From assembly GCA_965246885.1 (NCBI GenBank), contig OZ251992.1, positions 2,880,001 to 2,944,000 of the forward strand: DNA of 64,000 nt, given 5' to 3'. Below are positions 1 to 7,896 of this stretch, piece after piece; the stretch's first letter is position 1, and every line of letters starts with the position of its first letter. Both the position numbers and the translations under genes were made by a program. Source of the DNA: Abditibacterium sp. GTDB taxonomy: Bacteria > Armatimonadota > Abditibacteriia > Abditibacteriales > Abditibacteriaceae. The notes beneath the pieces were generated by a model. That model saw only the letters and a program-made list of their open reading frames with translations. It searched no databases and was not told the origin of the DNA.

Positions 1-1727
1 CGAGGATGAATAGTCCCCGGATGAACACTCCTCAGCGCCAGTGATGCGCTTGAGCTACCCGAAGTATCTGGATCAGAGGCTGACGGCCCTGCCAAAGCGA
101 TAGAAGTTCCGTCTCGGAGAGTGAAATTGCCACTTTGATCCAACGTTCCTGACGGCAATAGTTGCTGCGAGCTTCCGTTTTCGTAGAGTGCTCCATCAGG
201 TCCCATGATAGTGAAATCATCGGTTGGCTGAATTGGGTCATCGTCCAGATAATTGGATGCGTCAGCGATAGTTCTGGCTACCCCTAAAATTTGTGCGGGG
301 TCGCGGCTATCCCAAGGAATCGCATTGGGGTCAACAATGTCGCTGTCTTCGTCCGAAGGGACACTTTGCGTGTTGTCTGTTGCCACCGTCTTAACGGTGT
401 AAAAATATTCCGTTCCGTTCGTTAGGCCAGTATCCGTGAACATGAGCGTGACGCTGCCAGAATAACTTGGCGTGCCCGCTACGAGTGTGCTATTGAGGGG
501 ACGGGCGTAATCTTCACCTCCAGAACTGGTGCTGCGATAAACATTGTAGCCTTTTGCACCCAGCACCTTTTCCCAATAAAGCGTAATTTTACCGCTCCCC
601 GTTGAGACAATATAGAGACCTATCGGCGTCGGCGGTGGTGGCAGCACTTCGGCGTCCACGACGACGCGGTAGTTTCCTTCGGAGACGATGCCAAACAGGA
701 ACTCCACGTTGATACTGGCCCCCGGAGCCAGACCGCCCGTAGGCAAAGGCGCCGTCCACGAAGAACCCAAGCCGCCGCCGTTGCCGCGTGTGCCACTGGT
801 GGCAGTGAGGGGGACTTCGGTGGGGGTAGTGGGGGCGTCTATAGTCATGCCAACGGCGGCTTGTTGGATGACGTTGTTCGCGTCGTAGTAGCGCACGCCG
901 CCCGACGAGATGGCACGCAGGTTGGCGATGCCGCTCGTGGTGCTGTTCCCGGTCGTGCCTGCCACGATGCGAAAGCGTAGCAGTGTCGCGGTGGTGCCCG
1001 TGTTGTTCGTGATGGTGCGGCGGATGGTGACGCGCCCGGTTGTGTCAATGGTGCTTCCTTTGCTGGCGTAGCGTGCAATGGGGTAAACGCCGGGGATGTT
1101 CATCGCCGTGTTGGGCAAACCCGTGTTGTTTTGGATCGGGCTGAGGCTGTTTTGTGGCCCCGGTGCCCCTAAGCGGGCGCCCGTAAGCGGCCCAACGCCC
1201 GTGCCGTCCACCGTGCTTTGCGTGCCACTGGTGTCCACCAAGTTGAAGTCGGCGACGTCGTTGCCTGTGTGGGCGGGATAACCCAACTCCAAGCGGCGCG
1301 TATAGCTGTATTGGTTCGTGGGGCTGGAGGGCGCGGCGGTGAGGGACAGGTTGCTGACCGTATCAACCACTGCCCCAGCCGCGTTCTTGAGCGTGAGCGT
1401 CGAGCCAAGGGCGATGTCGCCAGTGTAAGTTATGTCCCCAGTTGCGGAAGCGTTCAGCGAGTAGCCACCCGCATTGGTCAGCAGTAGATGCCCGCCCGCC
1501 GGGATGATTTTGCCACTGAAGTTGATACCCGCCAAAGGCGCCGTGACAGTGCCCGCCACAAGCGTGTAGCCCGTCATATCCACCGACGCAGTTCCCGGAT
1601 TCGCCAATTCGATGAACTCGTCTTGCGCTCCGCCGGGGCCACCGAAGCGAAACTCTGATATCACTACACCGGTGGGCGCGCTTTGCGCTTTGGCCCGCGA
1701 AGTTCCTACACCCAACAGGGAAATCAT
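1..1727 (-). CDS. Secreted lamin-tail-domain (LTD)-like protein with a conserved ~340-aa module, an FN3-like domain and a low-GC C-terminal region; truncated at the window edge
   Basis: Absent from the ORF track because it has no stop inside the window. Hand translation: MISLLGVGTSRAKAQSAPTGVVISEFRFGGPGGAQDEFIELANPG (LTD-like) ... NVEFLFGIVSEGNYRVVVDAEVLPPPPTP ... ITLYWEKVLGAKGYNVYRS ... FTDTGLTNGTEYFYTV (FN3-like). The start is uncertain: an upstream in-frame ATG at 1826 is separated by a TAA at 1764-1766. Confidence 0.8.
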   Translation of the reverse strand, partial: MISLLGVGTSRAKAQSAPTGVVISEFRFGGPGGAQDEFIELANPGTASVDMTGYTLVAGTVTAPLAGINFSGKIIPAGGHLLLTNAGGYSLNASATGDITYTGDIALGSTLTLKNAAGAVVDTVSNLSLTAAPSSPTNQYSYTRRLELGYPAHTGNDVADFNLVDTSGTQSTVDGTGVGPLTGARLGAPGPQNSLSPIQNNTGLPNTAMNIPGVYPIARYASKGSTIDTTGRVTIRRTITNNTGTTATLLRFRIVAGTTGNSTTSGIANLRAISSGGVRYYDANNVIQQAAVGMTIDAPTTPTEVPLTATSGTRGNGGGLGSSWTAPLPTGGLAPGASINVEFLFGIVSEGNYRVVVDAEVLPPPPTPIGLYIVSTGSGKITLYWEKVLGAKGYNVYRSTSSGGEDYARPLNSTLVAGTPSYSGSVTLMFTDTGLTNGTEYFYTVKTVATDNTQSVPSDEDSDIVDPNAIPWDSRDPAQILGVARTIADASNYLDDDPIQPTDDFTIMGPDGALYENGSSQQLLPSGTLDQSGNFTLRDGTSIALAGPSASDPDTSGSSSASLALRSVHPGTIHP

Positions 1728-1750
1728 CAAGAATCCACAAAAGAGGGCGC

Positions 1751-1779
1751 CCGGCGCCTTCTCTTAGAGAAGGCGCCGG
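1751..1779. repeat. Perfect 14-bp inverted repeat (hairpin)
   Basis: CCGGCGCCTTCTCT-T-AGAGAAGGCGCCGG. Confidence 0.85.
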
Positions 1780-2030
1780 AGTGCGCGGGATTGGGAAGTG
1801 CGTTCGCGGGGCTGAATCGGGTGCATGAGAATGGGCCAATGGCGCGTTTTTCCGCGCGACACCTCAACTTTCTCACAACCACGCGGATGACGCAAGGGCA
1901 GAAAGATTAAATTTTCGATTTATTTTCGGAGCGCGGGGACTTGTCACCGCTTTGGCCCAGCCGACTTGTCGGCATCCTTTCGAGAAATAGAACGTTTCAC
2001 GCGGCAAATGGCGAAGATGGAAGCGTAGCA

Positions 2031-2198
2031 GACGTCGTTTGCGCGTTGATTGTCGTCGGTGGCGTCTTAACTGACGTCGTTTGCGCGTTGATTGTCGTCG
2101 GTGGCGCCTTAACTGACGTCGTTTGCGTCTTGATTAACGTCGTTGCTGCCTTAACTGACGTCGTTTGCGTCTTGATTAACGTCGTTTGTCTGTCAACT
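2031..2198. repeat. Intergenic tandem repeat, 4 x 42 bp (8 x ~21-bp subunits)
   Basis: Units start at 2031, 2073, 2115 and 2157; unit 1 is GACGTCGTTTGCGCGTTGATTGTCGTCGGTGGCGTCTTAACT. Confidence 0.95.
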
Positions 2199-2322
2199 CA
2201 TTAAGGAAAAAGCGGGAAGGGCGCGCTTTGCGCATTGGACAAGGCACTCGCTGACGCTTCGCGTTCTTGGTTTTCGGTCTCCGATACCCTTAGCTGGCTC
2301 AACACCCCAAACTGTTCTCCTG

Positions 2323-4566
2323 ATGCCTGCCGCCACTTCTCCCCGCAAACGTCCTGCACTCGCTTCGCCGTCTCCTGCTGATTTTGACGCCAAGATTTTA
2401 GAGCGCGTGTTTGCGCCGGGCGGGGCGCTTGAACTCCAGATGAAAGCGCTGGGGCGTGAGTTCGAGGCGCGGCCCGAACAGTTGGAGATGGCGCGCGCGG
2501 TTTCGAGTAGCGCGCGCGACGGGGCGCATTTGCTGGTCGAGGCGGGCACGGGCGTGGGCAAATCGTATGCGTATCTCGTGCCCCTGCTCATCTGGGCGCT
2601 CGACAATAAGAAGCGCGTGTTGGTCGCAACCGGAACTAAAGCTCTGCAAGGGCAACTCGTCGAGCGCGACTTGCCCTTCTTGCGGCAGATGTTTTTGCAG
2701 AACTTCAACCGCGACTTCGCGTTCGCGCTGTGCTTGGGCACCAGCAACTACATTTGCCCGCGCCGCTTGGCTAAAGCGCAGGTCGCGGGCTTGTTTGCGT
2801 CCGATAAGGAAGTCGAGGCGCTCGCCAAAATCCAAGAGTTTGCCGCCCGCACCAAAACGGGACGCGGCACGGATTTAAAAATCGAGCCGCCTGCCGCGTT
2901 GTGGGCGCAGGTCAACCGCGAGTCGGACTTGTGCATGGGGCGCGCTTGCAACTTGTATGACCAGTCGTTCTTTTTCAAGGCGCGGCGCGAAGCCGAGAAA
3001 GCGCAGGTGCTCGTGGCGAACCACCATCTCCTTTTCGCGCACCTTGCGGCAGGCGGCAACGCGGGTGGGGTGATGCCGCCCTTTGATGCCGTCGTGATAG
3101 ACGAAGCGCACGGCGTCGAGGATGTCGCCTCTTCCTACTTGGGCGCGGAAGTTTCCAACTTGGGCGCCGCCAAACTCATCGAGATGATCGCTTCGCGCCG
3201 GTCGGGGCGCACGCTCATCTCCACCGCCAAATTCCCCGACAAAGCGCTGCATGAGCGCGCACTCACCGAAGCCGCGCAAGTCGCGCGTGAAGCCGTCGGG
3301 CAGTTCTTCGAGGAGTTGCAATTGGCCGTGAAGTTGGAGCCTAACCGTAGTTCCAACGTGCGCATGACGCGCGCGAACCTCTTGGAGAACCGCTTGGAAG
3401 AGCCGCTCAAAGTGCTGGAAGACGTGCTCAACCGCGCGCGCACGATGGCGGATGTGTCGGGCGACGAGCCGCTCGCCAAAGAGTTGGAAGGCTTCGCGGG
3501 GCGTAGCGCCGAGATGCGCCGCGCCGCGAAACTCATCGTTTCGCAGTCGGAAGCGGGCTACGTGTATTGGGCGAGCGCCGCGCCGCGTTTGGGGGACGGC
3601 ATCGGAAGCGCCGCGCGCGTGCCAAGGTTGTCGGTGCATGGCGCGCCCATTGAGGTGTCCGAAGCCCTACGCGAGGGGCTGTTCGGGAAGTTCAAGCCGG
3701 TCATCTTAACCAGCGCCACGCTTACAACGGGCGCCTCGTTCGACTTCCTCATTGACCGCTTGGGCCTGAACGCCGCGCCCGAAGAAGAAGGGGACAAAGC
3801 GATAACCGCCGTCGCGCCCATCTTCCGCGCCAAGCAAACCGAGAAGCTGCAAGGCGCCACGCCGGAAGAACTCGCCGCGAGTGCCAAACCCATCGAGCCG
3901 CCCCGCACCCTCACGCTCGGTAGCCCGTTCGATTACCCGAAGAACGCGCTCGTTTACGTCGCGGCGGACTTACCCTCGCCCAAAAACAATGTCTCGATGT
4001 GGGAAGAAGCGGCGGTCAAACGCTGCGCGGAAGTCGTCAAGCGCACCGAGGGCCGCGCCTTTGTGCTGTGCACCAGTTTCCGCTTGGTAGATCAAGTCGC
4101 CGCTTTTTTGGAGCGCGTGTTGGGGCGGCAAATTCGCATCTTGCGCCAAGGTGAAATGGCGCGTGGCGCGTTGTTGGATGAGTTCCGCCGCGACGTGCAC
4201 TCGGTGTTGGTGGGCACAACGAGCTTCTGGCAGGGCGTGGATGTGCCGGGCGAGAGCTTGTCGTGCGTGGTCATTATGAAGCTGCCCTTCGCCGTGCCCG
4301 ACGAGCCGATGATTCAAGCGCGCGTCGAGGAAATCAAGGCGCGCGGCGGTGACGCCTTCGGCTCCTACCAAGTCCCCCAAGCCGTGATGCTGTTTCGCCA
4401 AGGCTTCGGGCGCCTCATCCGCACCGCGAGCGACAAGGGCGTCGTCGCCATCCTCGACCCGCGCGTCAAAAGCGAGCGCTACGGCCAAACATTCCTCGAC
4501 TCGCTCCCGCCGTGCGAGGTCACGAACCAGATTGAAAGGCTGTCGCTGTTTTGCGCGGGGATGTGA
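2323..4566 (+). CDS. dinG: DinG/YoaA-family ATP-dependent DNA helicase
   Basis: Q-motif RPEQ, Walker A EAGTGVGKS, VIDEAH, LTSATL, FWQGVDVPG, QGFGRLIR. Confidence 0.9.
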   Translation: MPAATSPRKRPALASPSPADFDAKILERVFAPGGALELQMKALGREFEARPEQLEMARAVSSSARDGAHLLVEAGTGVGKSYAYLVPLLIWALDNKKRVLVATGTKALQGQLVERDLPFLRQMFLQNFNRDFAFALCLGTSNYICPRRLAKAQVAGLFASDKEVEALAKIQEFAARTKTGRGTDLKIEPPAALWAQVNRESDLCMGRACNLYDQSFFFKARREAEKAQVLVANHHLLFAHLAAGGNAGGVMPPFDAVVIDEAHGVEDVASSYLGAEVSNLGAAKLIEMIASRRSGRTLISTAKFPDKALHERALTEAAQVAREAVGQFFEELQLAVKLEPNRSSNVRMTRANLLENRLEEPLKVLEDVLNRARTMADVSGDEPLAKELEGFAGRSAEMRRAAKLIVSQSEAGYVYWASAAPRLGDGIGSAARVPRLSVHGAPIEVSEALREGLFGKFKPVILTSATLTTGASFDFLIDRLGLNAAPEEEGDKAITAVAPIFRAKQTEKLQGATPEELAASAKPIEPPRTLTLGSPFDYPKNALVYVAADLPSPKNNVSMWEEAAVKRCAEVVKRTEGRAFVLCTSFRLVDQVAAFLERVLGRQIRILRQGEMARGALLDEFRRDVHSVLVGTTSFWQGVDVPGESLSCVVIMKLPFAVPDEPMIQARVEEIKARGGDAFGSYQVPQAVMLFRQGFGRLIRTASDKGVVAILDPRVKSERYGQTFLDSLPPCEVTNQIERLSLFCAGM

Positions 4567-4578
4567 CGCCTACCGCCC

Positions 4579-5280
4579 ATGCTCATCCAAGTCCTCCTTT
4601 TCGCATCGCTCAAAGACGCGCTCGGCACCGACCAACTGGCGCTCGAACTGCCCGCAGGCGCGCGCGTTGCCGATGTTTTGCACGCCTTGGCCGAGCGCGA
4701 GCCGAAGATAACGCCTTGGCTCCAACACGTGCGCGTCGCGCGCAACTTGGACTACGCGGCAGCAGACGAAGAAGTGCGGCAAGGCGACGAAATCGCGCTC
4801 ATTCCACCGGTGTCGGGCGGAAGCAGTTCCATCTTGCCCAATGGTTACGCCCCGTTCGTCGCGGTGCGGACGGAGGAGATTTCCTTAGAGGAGGTCGCGC
4901 GCTGGGTAGAAGAGCAGACGCGCGGGAGGGCGGGCGCGGTCTGCACCTTCGCGGGTTATGCGCGCTCAACTTCGCGCGACCCCGACGGCGCTTGGCACGA
5001 TGACATCGAGTTCTTGGACTACGAAGCCTACATCCCGATGGCCGAAGCCAAGCTGCGCGAGATAGCGCTCGAAGTTGCAGGGAAGTGGGATGCGGCGTGC
5101 GCCGTCACGCACCGCATCGGGCGCCTTTCGGTCGGGGAGCCGAGCGTGTTCATCGCCGTTGCGAGCGCGCACCGCGCCGCCAGTTTCGAGGCGTGCCGCT
5201 TCGTCATTGAGGAAATCAAAGTCCGCGTGCCCATTTGGAAGCGCGAACAAGCGCGCGACGGCGCGTGGTGGAAGGAGTAA
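4579..5280 (+). CDS. moaE: Fused molybdopterin synthase MoaD-MoaE (MoaX-like)
   Basis: N-terminal ubiquitin-like domain ending IPPVSGG, then MoaE motifs LDYEAYIPMA, HRIGRL, SAHR, IKVRVPIWKRE. Confidence 0.92.
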   Translation: MLIQVLLFASLKDALGTDQLALELPAGARVADVLHALAEREPKITPWLQHVRVARNLDYAAADEEVRQGDEIALIPPVSGGSSSILPNGYAPFVAVRTEEISLEEVARWVEEQTRGRAGAVCTFAGYARSTSRDPDGAWHDDIEFLDYEAYIPMAEAKLREIALEVAGKWDAACAVTHRIGRLSVGEPSVFIAVASAHRAASFEACRFVIEEIKVRVPIWKREQARDGAWWKE

Positions 5281-5307
5281 GACGCTGCTCCTTCCACCAT
5301 TCGAGGC

Positions 5308-7374
5308 TTAGAAAGTCGGGCCGATGGCGAAGTGCGTCACGCTGCCGCCGCTTTTGCCAAAGCCGACATCCAAGCGCACCGGGCCAATCGGGGTGTTCAA
5401 GCGCACGCCAAATCCTGCGCTGTAAAGCAACTTCGCGCTGCTACTGTTGGTGAACGTGCCGCCAAAAGCCGAACCCGCGTCGGAGAACAAGACGCCTTGG
5501 ATTTGGCGGTTGAAGCGGTAGCGCAACTCCAAGTTGCCGAAGTATTGGTTGTCGCCAAACTGCTCGTCGGTTTGGTAGCCGCGCACTGTGTCGGGGCCAC
5601 CGATGAAGTACTGCTCGAAGGCGGGTAGTTGGTTGAGGCTGCGGCCCAACACGACACGGCCCGCGAGGACGACTTTGGGCAGTTCCGTCGCCGATTTGGG
5701 ATGGGACAAAGGAAAGTAGCGGCGCAAGTCCACGTCGAGCTTGGTGAAGGAGTTCGAGCCGCCCGCGAACTTGACCCCTTGTTCGACCGTAATTTGTTCG
5801 CGGCTCCCGCGCGTGGCATCGAGGCGCGAGTCGCGCTTGTCGCGCAAAAAGCCGAACGAGGGCGCGAGGATGGTGCCCGACCCTTGGAACGGCTTGCCGT
5901 TGACCAAGACGGCGCCCGCCGCGCCAGTGACGAGATTGCCCGCCGAGTCGTACTGGCGCAGCTTGGCTTTCTCGTCGCGGATGCCAAAAATGTAGTTGCG
6001 CGTCCTCTCGTTGTCTATGGGCAACACAAAGTTGATTCGCCCGCCGGTGCGCTGCTCTTGGAAAGAGTTGCTGATGTTGGTGGTGTTGGTGCTTTGGAAG
6101 ATGCGCGGCTCGCGGTAGATGGAGCGCGAATAAATGGAAGCGTCGTAGGAAGCGTTCTTCGGGCCGACAAAGGGGTTGCCGTAGGAAAGTTCGTAGTTGC
6201 GTTGCGAGCCGGTTTCGACCGAAGCGGCGATGCGCGTGCCATGCCCGCGAAAGTTGTTATCGCCGATATTGACGAAGCCCGACACCTTGGAGCGCGAATC
6301 GAAGCCAAGGCCGCCCCCCAACTGTCCAGTGCGCTTTTCTTTGAGCAAGAAGGTGGCAATGACGCCGCCGGGTGTGTTGGGGTCGTCGTCTATTTTGAAG
6401 GTCGCGTCCTCGAAAAATGTTGTGTCGTAAAGGCGCGACAAGTCGCGCCTGAGTTTAGCGGCGTCGAACGGGCCGCCGATGGGCGTGACGATGAGCTTGC
6501 GCACCAGCTTCGGGCTGGTCTTTCTGAGGCCCGACAGCTTAACATCGGTTAACTTGGCTTCAAGCAGGGTGAAGGCGATAGTGCCGGAGTCGTCCTGCGC
6601 AGCGTTTTGCACGAGAACGGCAAAGCCTTTGTCGGAGTAAACCTTTTGGATGGCCGCCACGTCCGCCGCGATGGTTTGGCGATTGAGGACGACGCCGACC
6701 TTGGAGGAAAGCGCCTTTTGCAAATCCTCGGACTTGATGACGGTATTACCAAAGAACTTAAACCCCGTTACGACGCGGTTCTCGACGACGATGTAGGTGA
6801 CGACGACCTTTTCGGGGTCGGCGACATCGGGCGCGACTTGGGCTTGGACGGACGCGAAGAAGCCCAACTGGTCAATGCGGGCGCGGTCTAAATCGACTTG
6901 GCGCGACGCGAAGGCCGAAGCGCGCTGGGTGCGCACCTGCGTGAGGATGGTCGCGGCGGGCACGACGCGGTTGCCCACGACACGCACCTCAGTAATCTCG
7001 CGCCCTTCTGCCGCCGCCACATCGCCGATGATAGGCGAAGTATCGCCCGCTCCCGGAGCGGTGACACTGGGCGGCATTTGCGTCCCGTTCACGACTGAGG
7101 AGTTGTCTTGCGCGTCCCCGTTTTTGCCGTTGGGCGATGGGCCAACGGTGGGGCCGGTGGGCAATTGCAAGCCGCGCGGCTTGTCTTCGGGCGCGGCGGC
7201 GGGGGCGTTACGGTTCTCTTTGAGTTGCGCCAAGCGCACGCCATCCGCATGGGCGCACGCCAACGGCGCGCCAAGGGGCAGGGCAAGCAGAGACAAAACG
7301 GCGGATGATGGGCGTGGCGCGCGGCGCGAAGGAAACGAGCGATAGGTGGTGCGGCGAAAGGGTGAAACGTTCAT
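5308..7374 (-). CDS. bamA: Omp85/BamA-family outer-membrane assembly factor
   Basis: Signal peptide, about 3 POTRA-like repeats, barrel with GGPDTVRGY, GFGVRLNTPIGPVRLD, terminal F. Confidence 0.88.
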   Translation of the reverse strand: MNVSPFRRTTYRSFPSRRAPRPSSAVLSLLALPLGAPLACAHADGVRLAQLKENRNAPAAAPEDKPRGLQLPTGPTVGPSPNGKNGDAQDNSSVVNGTQMPPSVTAPGAGDTSPIIGDVAAAEGREITEVRVVGNRVVPAATILTQVRTQRASAFASRQVDLDRARIDQLGFFASVQAQVAPDVADPEKVVVTYIVVENRVVTGFKFFGNTVIKSEDLQKALSSKVGVVLNRQTIAADVAAIQKVYSDKGFAVLVQNAAQDDSGTIAFTLLEAKLTDVKLSGLRKTSPKLVRKLIVTPIGGPFDAAKLRRDLSRLYDTTFFEDATFKIDDDPNTPGGVIATFLLKEKRTGQLGGGLGFDSRSKVSGFVNIGDNNFRGHGTRIAASVETGSQRNYELSYGNPFVGPKNASYDASIYSRSIYREPRIFQSTNTTNISNSFQEQRTGGRINFVLPIDNERTRNYIFGIRDEKAKLRQYDSAGNLVTGAAGAVLVNGKPFQGSGTILAPSFGFLRDKRDSRLDATRGSREQITVEQGVKFAGGSNSFTKLDVDLRRYFPLSHPKSATELPKVVLAGRVVLGRSLNQLPAFEQYFIGGPDTVRGYQTDEQFGDNQYFGNLELRYRFNRQIQGVLFSDAGSAFGGTFTNSSSAKLLYSAGFGVRLNTPIGPVRLDVGFGKSGGSVTHFAIGPTF

Positions 7375-7566
7375 GGATGAGAAGGCGCTTGGGAACGCGC
7401 AACAGGGCGAGGCGCGCGAAATCGCGCGCAGTTTAGCCCAAGGTGCTTCGCCTTCCCGAAAAACACTTCATTCCAAACTCCCGCGATCGGGCGCTTATCC
7501 CGTTGGGAGAGGTTGGACGCCCTTTGTCAGTCCGTTGTTGCGGGGTGAGACGCTTTCCGCCCAAAC

Positions 7567-7599
7567 AAAAACGCCCACTTCCCGAAGGAAGGGGGCGTT
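7567..7599 (-). terminator. Intrinsic terminator after the small lipoprotein gene
   Basis: Minus strand AACGCCCCCTTCC-TTCG-GGAAGTGGGCGTTTTT. Confidence 0.75.
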
Positions 7600-7623
7600 A
7601 TAGATTACGGCTTGAGCGCCAAG

Positions 7624-7776
7624 TTATGGCGTAGCGGGGTCGGTCTTGGCCGGTTTGTTGGCCGGGGCAGCCGCGCTGTTGTCTTCTGCGTTGTTACCGC
7701 CGCAGCCGACGAGAACAACCGAGGACAAGATGGCGCCGAGAACGGCGAAGATGGCGATGCGAGACATCCAGTTCAT
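7624..7776 (-). CDS. Small (50 aa) lipoprotein
   Basis: Below the ORF-track cutoff. AAGGAGG ribosome-binding site, then MNWMSRIAIFAVLGAILSSVVLVGCGGNNAEDNSAAAPANKPAKTDPATP with lipobox LVGC. Confidence 0.85.
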   Translation of the reverse strand: MNWMSRIAIFAVLGAILSSVVLVGCGGNNAEDNSAAAPANKPAKTDPATP

Positions 7777-7896
7777 TGTGTGTATTAACCTCCTTGCGAA
7801 AGCGTTAGATGCAAAAGCGGGCGCAGTTTAGCGCCGCGCGCGAATTCTGCAAGAACGGAACCGAGATTTCTCTCTCGATTCTTTTCCGGCGAATTT

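Noticed and set aside
2031..2198. CRISPR interpretation of the tandem arrays (also 26182, 40633, 61923)
   Set aside because: Units are contiguous or have only 7-bp linkers, there are no 25-45 bp unique spacers, and no cas genes are present.
1941..2204. 87-aa hydrophobic ORF across the repeat
   Set aside because: TTG start without an evident RBS; the open frame is a by-product of a repeat period divisible by 3.
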